Both the position numbers and the translations under genes were made by a program. Positions 17,119-25,900 of a stretch of 61,230 bases of DNA are shown here, one piece after another; within the stretch, counting starts at the first letter, position 1; each line of letters starts with the position of its first letter. The notes beneath the pieces were generated by a model. That model was not told the DNA's origin. It worked only from the letters and a program-made list of their open reading frames with translations, and did not search any database. This stretch comes from a virus. Lineage: Duplodnaviria; Caudoviricetes. The stretch lies in IMG/VR virus record IMGVR_UViG_3300042887_000389, positions 1 through 61,230 of that record; one strand, written 5' to 3'.

Positions 17119-17996
17119 AGTGGGAACTTACAACTGTCTACTAATAATTCACAAGACCTGACTTCTTTTGTGTTTATTTCCTTACCAGATAGAGTAAGTA
17201 TTCTTCCACCTGTAGGTTTTATAGGGGCACCACGCTCAACATGCCAGCCAAATGCTCCATCTTGGTACTCTTCCTTGTAAGATCCGGTTATGGCTAGGTG
17301 AATCTGCTTGTGAACAATTTCATGCACATGCTTTCCTGGGTTATAAGAAATAGCATCACGTACATCATTACGGCTAGAGTTCTCATGTATGTGACCCATG
17401 ACAAAGATGTCCATGTTCTCGTACATTTCTAGGGCTCTTGTCAAGTTAATAGCTCCCTTTGTAACTATTCCTCCACCACCTGACCCATGGAAGTACTTTA
17501 AATTTTTTGAGAGTATAGTGTTGCCATTTAGATTATACTTAATAACTAACCATCCACCATATCCACCAGTATAAACGCTTGTCTTGTTGGTGTAGTTTAG
17601 CAAATCAACGAATCGTTGTAGCGGATCGGTCTCTAAGTTCTTTATGATTGCAGTCTCATGGTTACCATATCCAATTACTGTGAGAAGATGGGCGTATGGA
17701 GACCACCAATCTACAGCATCTTCAATGACTGCATCGATATAGTTGGCCTTGTTATGCTCAGGCAGAATATCCTTCTTGTTTCTTCTTGGATCATATTTTC
17801 CTTGCATGAGGCATAGGAAATCTCCGTTGATAAAGATGGGTATATTTTGTTTTTTGCAGTACTCTAAATGATCCTTTAGTTTTTCTCTATCACATTTTGG
17901 GTTATCCCAGTGTAAGTCTGATAGTAGTGCTAATTTTGTCTCTTCTCTTTTAAGTTCAAGGACGTGAACATTTCTGTTAACCTTTTTTAGATTCAT
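17115..17996 (-). CDS. Calcineurin-like metallophosphoesterase
   Basis: SDLHWD, NGD, GNHE, FHG, MGHIH motifs. Confidence 0.9.
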   Translation of the reverse strand: MNLKKVNRNVHVLELKREETKLALLSDLHWDNPKCDREKLKDHLEYCKKQNIPIFINGDFLCLMQGKYDPRRNKKDILPEHNKANYIDAVIEDAVDWWSPYAHLLTVIGYGNHETAIIKNLETDPLQRFVDLLNYTNKTSVYTGGYGGWLVIKYNLNGNTILSKNLKYFHGSGGGGIVTKGAINLTRALEMYENMDIFVMGHIHENSSRNDVRDAISYNPGKHVHEIVHKQIHLAITGSYKEEYQDGAFGWHVERGAPIKPTGGRILTLSGKEINTKEVRSCELLVDSCKFPL

Positions 17997-18082
17997 CAGA
18001 AGCTTATTTGTTGTCCATAAAGTTACTATTTTTTTTTATTTTCCAAATTCCTTTGCTATATTAGAAACATAAAAATAATACT

Positions 18083-18187
18083 ATGGCACTAAATCAAAGA
18101 GATTATCGCAACTTCATAGATGGACTTTTAGTAGGGCTTGTATTCGGGGTGGTTGTGTCCACTATCCTATTCTTAGTCTTTACATGA
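18083..18187 (+). CDS. 34-aa membrane peptide (not in track)
   Basis: MALNQRDYRNFIDGLLVGLVFGVVVSTILFLVFT*, ATGA-coupled to 18184. Confidence 0.55.
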   Translation: MALNQRDYRNFIDGLLVGLVFGVVVSTILFLVFT

Positions 18188-18432
18188 CCATAGTCGAACA
18201 GATTATGATTGACTACCCAGAGGAGACATTCTATATCATCTATGGGTTTGATGATGCAATTATAGGGTTTGATGAGTCGGATAGAAGATTGGTATACGAC
18301 ATCGACAAGGTAATAGATATCCTTGTTCTTGATGGGATGACTTATGATGATGCTGTAAAATTTTATGATTTTGAAATACTAGATGCTTACTTTGGAGAAG
18401 GAACTCCTATCTTTGTAAAAAATTATACATGA
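18184..18432 (+). CDS. Conserved acidic phage protein
   Basis: GFDDAIIG...VYDIDKVIDIL..DGMTYDDA..FYDF.I..AYFGEGTPIFV family motif. Confidence 0.75.
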   Translation: MTIVEQIMIDYPEETFYIIYGFDDAIIGFDESDRRLVYDIDKVIDILVLDGMTYDDAVKFYDFEILDAYFGEGTPIFVKNYT

Positions 18433-18686
18433 AAGCAATAGGAAAAAACATTGTAATCAAATCTATTGACGAGGAAGTTAAGACTTCTTCAGGACTATTA
18501 CTATCAGGTGAGGACACCAATCAATTACGCTACAAGCGTGGAGTAGTAATCAACTCGGGCACAGACGTTCAAAACATCAAGGCTGGAGATGAGGTGTACT
18601 ACGACAAGTCAAATAGTTATGTGATGATCATCAATGATGAGCACTGCGTAATTATTCAGGAACGTGACGTAGTTCTTGTCCTGTAA
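18429..18686 (+). CDS. groES: Co-chaperonin GroES
   Basis: MKAIGKNIVI, EVKTSSGLLL mobile loop, IKAGDEVYY, IIQERDVVLV. Confidence 0.9.
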   Translation: MKAIGKNIVIKSIDEEVKTSSGLLLSGEDTNQLRYKRGVVINSGTDVQNIKAGDEVYYDKSNSYVMIINDEHCVIIQERDVVLVL

Positions 18687-19128
18687 GTTTATTCTGCCTT
18701 AGTTCCTCATTCATAGTAATAATCATATTCCTGTAGACTTTGTCTGAGAACCTTACGTTCTTCTTGAACATGGGATTGTTGCACATTGTCTCAGGGATTT
18801 CTTCTCCCTCTAACTTTTTGTAGATTGAGTTAATCATTCGCTTTGCTTTATAGGACAGGCAGTATAGTGCCTTAGATCTCATGGCAGGTCTACCCTTCTG
18901 CTTGCTTGCGAATAGTTCAATCCAACCTTCATGTATTAGGCGATAGAATCTATGTTTATCCCAACCAAATATATTTTCATACTCCCTGAATGTACTGACA
19001 TTAAAGTATCGTTCTGAGTAGAGGTAGAGCAGCATATCTAAATCTGCTTGGCTGAGATTGTGCCTTACCTTAAAATATTCACGGATTACTTTCCAGAATT
19101 TCAGGTAGTCTCTTTTATTTGATTTCAT
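18652..19128 (-). CDS. Winged-helix (MarR-like) putative regulator; start likely MKSNKR at 19128
   Basis: LSQADLDMLLYLYSE...FYRLIHEGWIE...LYCLSYKAKR. Confidence 0.6.
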   Translation of the reverse strand: MKSNKRDYLKFWKVIREYFKVRHNLSQADLDMLLYLYSERYFNVSTFREYENIFGWDKHRFYRLIHEGWIELFASKQKGRPAMRSKALYCLSYKAKRMINSIYKKLEGEEIPETMCNNPMFKKNVRFSDKVYRNMIITMNEELRQNKLTGQELRHVPE

Positions 19129-19170
19129 TTTTATTATTACATTTGTAAACAAAGGTAAACATAAAAAGAC

Positions 19171-19230
19171 ATGAAACCCTGCACACAAAAAGTTAAAACC
19201 GCAACCTCTTACAAACCAAAGAAGAAATGA
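19171..19230 (+). CDS. 19-aa basic peptide (not in track)
   Basis: MKPCTQKVKTATSYKPKKK*, after promoter box 19138 and ATGA-coupled to the next ORF. Confidence 0.45.
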   Translation: MKPCTQKVKTATSYKPKKK

Positions 19231-19364
19231 AAGGAGATCAAATGATGGCTATGGGTATGCCCAAGGCCGCTGTCCTAGGTGGACCAAAGAAAGCAATTGC
19301 TAAGAAAGCTGTTAAGGATGTAGTAAAAAAGGCTGTAGCTAAGAAGCTAGGCAAGAAGAAGTAA
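19227..19364 (+). CDS. 45-aa Lys/Ala-rich, histone-H1-like peptide (not in track)
   Basis: MKGDQMMAMGMPKAAVLGGPKKAIAKKAVKDVVKKAVAKKLGKKK*. Confidence 0.6.
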   Translation: MKGDQMMAMGMPKAAVLGGPKKAIAKKAVKDVVKKAVAKKLGKKK

Positions 19365-19366
19365 TT

Positions 19367-19657
19367 ATGGCTGAAAAGTCTAAGATGAAATGTAACCGTG
19401 TCGTTGCTTCTGACAGACCCGGCAAGAAGAGAATGGTCAAGGCTTGTGCTAATGGACAAGAAAAACTAATTCACTTTGGTGCCGAGGGTTATGGTCATAA
19501 CTATTCAGCAGCGGCACGGTCTTCATTTAAGGCTCGTCATAAATGCGATACTGCAAATGATAAGTTATCTGCTAGGTACTGGGCATGCAAGAATTTGTGG
19601 GCTGGACCTGGAGGATCTAAGCAATCATCACCTAAAAGCAAGAGAGGAAAATATTAA
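19367..19657 (+). CDS. Basic conserved phage protein (SFKARH...ARYW family)
   Basis: KLIHFG, RSSFKARHKC, LSARYWAC. Confidence 0.75.
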   Translation: MAEKSKMKCNRVVASDRPGKKRMVKACANGQEKLIHFGAEGYGHNYSAAARSSFKARHKCDTANDKLSARYWACKNLWAGPGGSKQSSPKSKRGKY

Positions 19658-19667
19658 ATAGACTAAT

Positions 19668-19853
19668 ATGAAACCACCAAAAAATAAAAGAAGACCTGAT
19701 ATTCCATTGGCGGCTACTCCTACAGTTAAGTGGGAGGATGATATTTATAATCCTAAAAACAAAGAATACGTTTTGGAGGTGGCTTTTAATAAAAGAAAAA
19801 GTCCTAACAGAGTAACTCAGAAGGAGTTTAACAAAAGGTACGATATAAAATAA
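19668..19853 (+). CDS. Basic hypothetical protein
   Basis: ORF within the basic-protein cluster. Confidence 0.55.
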   Translation: MKPPKNKRRPDIPLAATPTVKWEDDIYNPKNKEYVLEVAFNKRKSPNRVTQKEFNKRYDIK

Positions 19854-19866
19854 TAGCAAAAATAAA

Positions 19867-20205
19867 ATGCCTAAGGACGCTTGCTACAAAAAGGTAAAGG
19901 CATCGTATGATGTGTTCCCTTCTGCTAGGGCATCTCAGGCTATTGCTAAGTGTCGTAAGGCATCTGGCAGTGTTACTAAATCTGAGAAGGGTTCTAGTCT
20001 TAAAAGATGGGAAGCAGAGAAGTGGCAAGACACCAAGACTGGTAAGGCATGTGGTGCAGGTGGTCGTAATGAGTATTGCCGACCGACTAAGAGAATATCA
20101 TCAGAGACACCAAAGACTAAGAGTGAAATAAGTCCAGCAAAGCTTGCTGCAAAGAAGGCAGAGAAAAGTAGAGTTGGCATGGGTAAAAGAATTTCCAAAG
20201 TTTAA
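19867..20205 (+). CDS. Basic conserved phage protein (DUF5872-like)
   Basis: DACYKKVK..YDVFPSA.AS..IAKCRK; LKRW..EKW.D.KTGKACG; YCRP.KR.S..TPKT..E. Confidence 0.75.
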   Translation: MPKDACYKKVKASYDVFPSARASQAIAKCRKASGSVTKSEKGSSLKRWEAEKWQDTKTGKACGAGGRNEYCRPTKRISSETPKTKSEISPAKLAAKKAEKSRVGMGKRISKV

Positions 20206-20237
20206 CTATATTTGTTCATCATTAAAAATCAAATCAA

Positions 20238-20639
20238 ATGGCACAGAAAGTAACAAAGACAAACGCTGAATTGCTAGAGTTAGTAAGAGCGTTGAACGTA
20301 ACCCCTACTGAGAAAGGCAGTAAGGCAGAGGCAAAGATTAAGAAGATTGTAGACAAGATTAAGCCTCTATTTGACGAGTACAACGAGAAGCGTGAAGACA
20401 TTCGTCTTGACCATGCTCACACTGAATCTAACGGTGTGTTGGAGTTGAATGAGAAGGGTGAATATAAGTTCACTAAGGATGGAATCAAGGCTATGGCCAA
20501 GGACATGAAAGCATTGCTTGATGAGACATTTGAGTTCTATCAGTTTACTTTCTCAAGTGAAGGTATTGAGAACTTTAAGTTCTTAGCAGGATGGGTTGAA
20601 AGCATTGAGGCTGAGCAATCTGCTGAAGAGGTTGAATAA
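20238..20639 (+). CDS. Helical hypothetical protein (possible assembly chaperone)
   Basis: Promoter box at 20207; 133-aa charged helical ORF. Confidence 0.65.
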   Translation: MAQKVTKTNAELLELVRALNVTPTEKGSKAEAKIKKIVDKIKPLFDEYNEKREDIRLDHAHTESNGVLELNEKGEYKFTKDGIKAMAKDMKALLDETFEFYQFTFSSEGIENFKFLAGWVESIEAEQSAEEVE

Positions 20640-20710
20640 ATTATTCATCTAATAACAGTAAGAACGGCATCAGTCTTAATTGGTTGGTGCCATTCTTTCT
20701 TATAAAGAAT

Positions 20711-20869
20711 ATGAAAAGCAAAGGACTAGGAGATACTATCGAGAAAGTAACTAAGGCCACTGGAATTAAGAAGGTGGTTGAGACTGTTGCAAAGGCAGCA
20801 GGAAAAGATTGTGGCTGTGGAAAAAGAAGAGATACACTTAATAGGTTATTACCATACAATGAAGATTAA
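20711..20869 (+). CDS. Conserved small protein (GLGDT...DCGC family)
   Basis: MKSKGLGDTIEKVTKATGIKK...DCGCGKRRDTLN. Confidence 0.75.
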   Translation: MKSKGLGDTIEKVTKATGIKKVVETVAKAAGKDCGCGKRRDTLNRLLPYNED

Positions 20870-20880
20870 TTAATAAGATC

Positions 20881-21138
20881 ATGGCATATCAGAAATTACA
20901 ACAATCAAGAGCAGCAGTAGTAACGAAGAGCGATACTGTTGACATTCCTAATCCTGGAAACGGAGCAGTAGAGGGCTGTGTATTGTACGTAGGAACAGGA
21001 GGAATCCTTCGAGTACTAACAGCAGGAGGGGATGACATTACATTTACAAATATCCCAAATGGATTTCTAACTACATTTCAAGTAATTAGAGTATTCGCCA
21101 GTGATACAACAGCTAACAACATTGTAGCTCTTTGGTAA
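20881..21138 (+). CDS. Virion protein resembling head-spike base proteins (Rcc01079-like)
   Basis: SDTVD...LYVGTGG.LRV...GDDITF.NIP.G...QV.RV..T.TTA..IVALW pattern. Confidence 0.6.
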   Translation: MAYQKLQQSRAAVVTKSDTVDIPNPGNGAVEGCVLYVGTGGILRVLTAGGDDITFTNIPNGFLTTFQVIRVFASDTTANNIVALW

Positions 21139-21423
21139 ATGAATCCTCAAGAAAATAGTAGGCTTGATTATATGGCAGCTGAATTGGATGCGTTAAAAAA
21201 TGACGTAGCTGAGGTTAAGGCTATTGTTAAAGACATGCATACTTTACTTTCAGGTAATCCTATTGACAGGGACTCCAATGGAATGATTGGAGACTTGAGG
21301 ACAATGAAGAAAGAGGTGTATGAATTAAAGTCTGAATTAAAGAAATACAAGAATTATTTTTATGCGCTTGTCACACTTGTTGGACTTGGTGCATTAAAAG
21401 TTATTGTTGAAATAATAAAATAG
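21139..21423 (+). CDS. Coiled-coil protein with C-terminal TM (holin/antiholin-like)
   Basis: Heptad pattern then hydrophobic YFYALVTLVGLGALKVIV; precedes the lysis genes. Confidence 0.5.
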   Translation: MNPQENSRLDYMAAELDALKNDVAEVKAIVKDMHTLLSGNPIDRDSNGMIGDLRTMKKEVYELKSELKKYKNYFYALVTLVGLGALKVIVEIIK

Positions 21424-21424
21424 A

Positions 21425-21547
21425 ATGGCAAAGGCAGTTGCAAGTGCAAGAAAAATTAGCTTCGGTAAAAGAAGAACAGGTGTGGCTAAGAAGTCATACG
21501 GTAAGTATAATCCAAAACCAAAAAAATATAGAGGACAAGGACGATGA
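21425..21547 (+). CDS. 40-aa basic peptide ending KKYRGQGR (not in track)
   Basis: MAKAVASARKISFGKRRTGVAKKSYGKYNPKPKKYRGQGR*, ATGA-coupled to 21544. Confidence 0.75.
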   Translation: MAKAVASARKISFGKRRTGVAKKSYGKYNPKPKKYRGQGR

Positions 21548-21789
21548 AAAAGTTTTTTGAGTGGTCATCAGGATTTCTTTCCGAGAATGGACAAGCATCT
21601 AGCAAAAGATTTGTCGGTGTGTTTTCAGCAGTAGCATTGTGCTATACTTTATATGCCAACCATGATTCAGTTAATGAGCCATCAGAAGCACTTGTTTATT
21701 CGGTAGCTGCTTTGTCAGCTGCTGCTTTAGGAATTAGTGCGGCTGAAAAGATATTTAAGAACCCAATTAAAAAAGAAGAAAATGAGTGA
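21544..21789 (+). CDS. Putative holin (2 TM)
   Basis: SSKRFVG followed by two hydrophobic helices and a charged tail. Confidence 0.65.
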   Translation: MKKFFEWSSGFLSENGQASSKRFVGVFSAVALCYTLYANHDSVNEPSEALVYSVAALSAAALGISAAEKIFKNPIKKEENE

Positions 21790-22072
21790 GGAAAAAAAAG
21801 AAATTAAGGCAAACCCGTTACCAATTAGTTTTGCTGAATTTGCAAAAGAGCCTGTAAAAGGAATGTTATTCCTTGTGATTATTGCAATTGGATATCTGTA
21901 CATTGATGGAAAAATTAATTACACAAGCCAAATCGAAAAGCAAGGTGTGAAAATTGATGCTTTGGAGTTAAAGATTGACGCAGCAACAATTAATTTAAAA
22001 AGGTCTGATAGCTTATTGTCTGCTTCACTTGCTAAATTAACTACTTTGCAGGAGCTAGGTAAAATTAAATAA
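21782..22072 (+). CDS. TM + coiled-coil protein (i-spanin-like)
   Basis: PVKGMLFLVIIAIGYLY TM then a coiled coil; in the lysis cluster. Confidence 0.55.
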   Translation: MSEEKKEIKANPLPISFAEFAKEPVKGMLFLVIIAIGYLYIDGKINYTSQIEKQGVKIDALELKIDAATINLKRSDSLLSASLAKLTTLQELGKIK

Positions 22073-22074
22073 CC

Positions 22075-22434
22075 ATGAAATACTTGTTGATTTTATCATT
22101 GCTTGTTTTGGCTTCTTGTGGTAAAGAAGAAGTTTTGGAAGAAGTCCAAGTAACGGATAGTTTGTTTGTTAAAAGCGATAGCTTATTTAAGCAAGCTACT
22201 ATTACATTGCCAAAGTCAGACAAGCAGTTTACAAAGTTAGTAGAGAAAGTAGACAGGAAAATTGAAACTCTAAAAACTGAGGTTATTGTAGCAAAGAAAG
22301 CAGTTGAGTTGGCTAAGGCTGAAAAAACAATTGTTTATATTAGAGATACTATTTTCATTAAAGAGGAAAAGAATTTTTGGGGAAAGAAGAAAGTGACAAT
22401 AGATTCTACTGGATTAGATTCACTTAACAACTAA
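22075..22434 (+). CDS. Lipoprotein (o-spanin-like)
   Basis: MKYLLILSLLVLASC lipobox; next to the endolysin. Confidence 0.6.
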   Translation: MKYLLILSLLVLASCGKEEVLEEVQVTDSLFVKSDSLFKQATITLPKSDKQFTKLVEKVDRKIETLKTEVIVAKKAVELAKAEKTIVYIRDTIFIKEEKNFWGKKKVTIDSTGLDSLNN

Positions 22435-22439
22435 ATCAA

Positions 22440-22901
22440 ATGAAAATTAGTCAACACTTAAATCTATCAGAGCTTACTAGAAGTGACTCTGCGAAACGTA
22501 ACGGCATTGATAATAATCCTACTGCCGAGCACTTAGAGAACTTTAAGTTGCTTGCAGAGAAAGTATTCGAGCCTATCCGATTGCACTTTGGAGTTCCTAT
22601 TCATATCAGTTCTGGGTACAGATCAGAGGCTCTTAATAAATTCATTAAGGGTAGTTCATCATCTCAGCATTGTAAGGGTCAAGCGATTGACATCGATATG
22701 GATGGAAGCAGCAGTGGCGTTACTAATGCTGACGTTTATAATTTTATTAAGGACAATCTTAATTTCGACCAACTAATTTGGGAGTTTGGGACTGACAAAA
22801 ATCCTGATTGGGTGCACGTATCTTATACTAAAGACAAAAACAGAAAGCAAAAGTTAAAAGCTGTTCGTAGTAATGGTAAGACTTCTTACCTTAATCTTTA
22901 G
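22440..22901 (+). CDS. Endolysin, peptidase M15 family
   Basis: ISSGYRS, SQHCKGQAID, FDQLIWE, WVHVSY. Confidence 0.9.
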   Translation: MKISQHLNLSELTRSDSAKRNGIDNNPTAEHLENFKLLAEKVFEPIRLHFGVPIHISSGYRSEALNKFIKGSSSSQHCKGQAIDIDMDGSSSGVTNADVYNFIKDNLNFDQLIWEFGTDKNPDWVHVSYTKDKNRKQKLKAVRSNGKTSYLNL

Positions 22902-22928
22902 TATATTTGTTTAATTACTTAATAGATA

Positions 22929-25900
22929 ATGGCAAAGATAAGTACATACCCCATTCTTTCTACACCTACCCTCAATGACCTGCTCATAGGTACAGATGTA
23001 GAAAACTTAAATATCACCAAAAACTTTTCTATTGGAGATATTGCTAGCTTTATTGTTGGTGGTAGTTATGTTCCATACGTTGGTGCAACTGGTAATGTAA
23101 ATCTAGGCGCATTTAATATTACCTCCTCATCATTTATTGTTGGTGGAGGATTAGCAACGCAGTTCTTAAAGGCTAACGGCACGCTTGACTCAACAGTCTA
23201 TCAGCCTGCTGGTAACTATATTACTCAATTATCAGGTGAGGCAACTGCTTCAGGTCCTGGTAATGCTAGTGTTACCTTAAGTAATAGTGCTGTAATTAAC
23301 AAAGTTTTAACAGGTCTTACTATTACAGGAAGTGTAATTGTTGCAACTGATAGCATACTTACTGCATTTGGTAAGGTCCAGAATCAAATCAACACTCTTG
23401 TTGGTGGTGTTCAGTATCAGGGCACGTGGAATGCTGCTACTAACACTCCAACATTAACAAGTTCAGTTGGTGTTCAGGGTCATTACTACGTAGTAAGTGT
23501 ACCAGGAAGCACAAATCTTAATGGGATTACTGACTGGAAGCTTGGCGACTGGGCAATTTATAACGGAACTGCTTGGGACAAGATTGACAATACAGATGCT
23601 GTTATAAGTGTAAATGGGGAAGTTGGAGCTGTTGTTCTTACAACAACTAATATTAGTGAAGGAACCAATTTGTACTTTACTAATTCACGTGCTAGGACTG
23701 CAATAAACTTAACTACCACTGGTAACAGTGGAGCAGCAACTTACAATAATACTAATGGATTCTTTAATATCCCTGAGTATACATTATCAGGTCTTGGTGG
23801 AGTCCCTTTAACAAGACAGCTAACTATTAATGGTACAGCATTTGACTTATCAGCAAATAGAAGTTGGAACGTAGGGACTGTAACAAGTGTAGGGACTAAT
23901 GCTCCATTGACAGGTGGTACTATTACAGGGTCTGGAACGATAGGCATTACGCAGGCAGGAGCAAGTTCAGATGGATATCTGTCTAGTACTGATTGGACTA
24001 CATTTAACAGTAAGCAGAATGTTATTACTAATCCTGTAACAGGGACTGGTACGGCATTCTTTTTGCCTATGTGGGCAAGTGCTAGTAGCCTTATTAATAG
24101 CCCCCTTTCTTATGCTTCGGATGCGTTTACCTTTGGGTATAATAGCGCAACTGGGGGTACTGTAAACTTCACAAATAGTGGATTAACTCCTTACACGTAT
24201 TCAATTCAGATGAATAACTTCGGGTCACCGAGATCAACTATTCATAGTTATACTGATGGGGTAGTAGTACAATCTATTGGTGGCACTCAGGTGTCTAGGA
24301 TTTTTGCTAATGGAAACACTGTTTTGGGGATTGGTATTGTTGATAATGGGAATAAACTTGAGATAGAGGGTAGTCTAAAGGTTAACACAATTGATAATGC
24401 TACTACTGATACGGATAGATTTCTAGTATCAGACTTAGGGGTTATCAAATATAGGACAGGCACTGAGTTGCGTTCAGATATTGGCGCAGGCGTTGGTTCT
24501 GTTACAAGTGTGGGCCTTACTATGCCTTCAGCATTTAGTGTCGCTAACAGCCCTGTAACAGGCTCAGGGACGCTTGCTGTAACAGGAGCAGGTAGTGCAT
24601 CTCAGTACGTTAGAGGGGATGGAACATTGGCTGACTTTCCTACAACTACAGGAGGAGGCTCTTCAGTTAGCTACTACTTGAATGGTTCAGTAAGTCAGGG
24701 TACTATTGGTGGGGTTGCTTATAGAGAACTAAGCGAGATTCCTATTTTTGGAGCAGGAACAGATATAAGTATTGCTGCTGATGGTTACATTGCTTCTTTT
24801 ATTACTGATGCTGGTGACCCTTCTTTGCTTAATATTCCTGCCGGTAACTGGAACTTTGAAACATACTTTAGCGCATCTAGTGGTGGGGGAACACCTACAT
24901 TCTATGTTGAGTTATATAGATATGACGGCACTACTTTTACTCTTATAGCTTCAAGTAGTGGCACTCCTGAGTTAATTTCTTTTGGGACAAATATACAGCC
25001 ATACTTTTCTACTCTTGCTGTTCCTCAAACTGCATTAGCATTAACAGATAGGCTTGCTATTAGATACTATGTAGCAACATCAGGTAGAACTATTACACTT
25101 CATACTGAAGACAATCACCTTTGCCAAGTTATTACCACGTTCTCCAATGGGTTAACTGCATTGAATGGATTAACAGAGCAGGTTCAATATTTTCAAGTTG
25201 GAACTTCAGGAACCGACTTTAATATAGTAAGTTCAGTTGCTACCCACACCTTTAATCTTCCAGATGCCTCTACTTCGAATAGAGGGGTAGTAACTACAGG
25301 CACCCAAACCTTTGCAGGTTATAAAATATTTAACGGCACAATAGGTGCAAATGTAGACATCCAACTAGCAACACAAGGAACTGCCCTAAATACCTTTATC
25401 AAAAACATCAATGCTACAGGGCAGACTTCCATAGGGTCAAACGGATTCGGCTTTAATAACGCTAACAATATTTACTTCTCAGGGTCAAGTAAAGGAGGAG
25501 GTATCATTGCATTCAATAACACAGGGAATCAAACCTATACCCTTCAGAATGCTTCAGGTACTCTTGCTTTCACTTCGGATCTAGGTGGCTATTTACCTTT
25601 AACAGGTGGTACTTTGACCGGTGCTTTGAATGGAACTAGTGCAAATTTCACAGGAAATCTTGGATCAGATACTTCAGTTTTTGCAAATCAGGCTTTCAGG
25701 TCATTGCATTCAGGTTCTGTATCTACTATAAATGGTTATAATTCAATTCAAGGAGATGCAAATGGATTTATAGTAGCAAATACTACAAAAGGATTCAGAA
25801 TTAATTTTCCATCAAATTCTAGTTTTACACAAACTTTGCCTGATGCATCAGGTACTATAGCCTTGACTAGCAACCTATCTGCTTACTTACCTTTGGCAGG

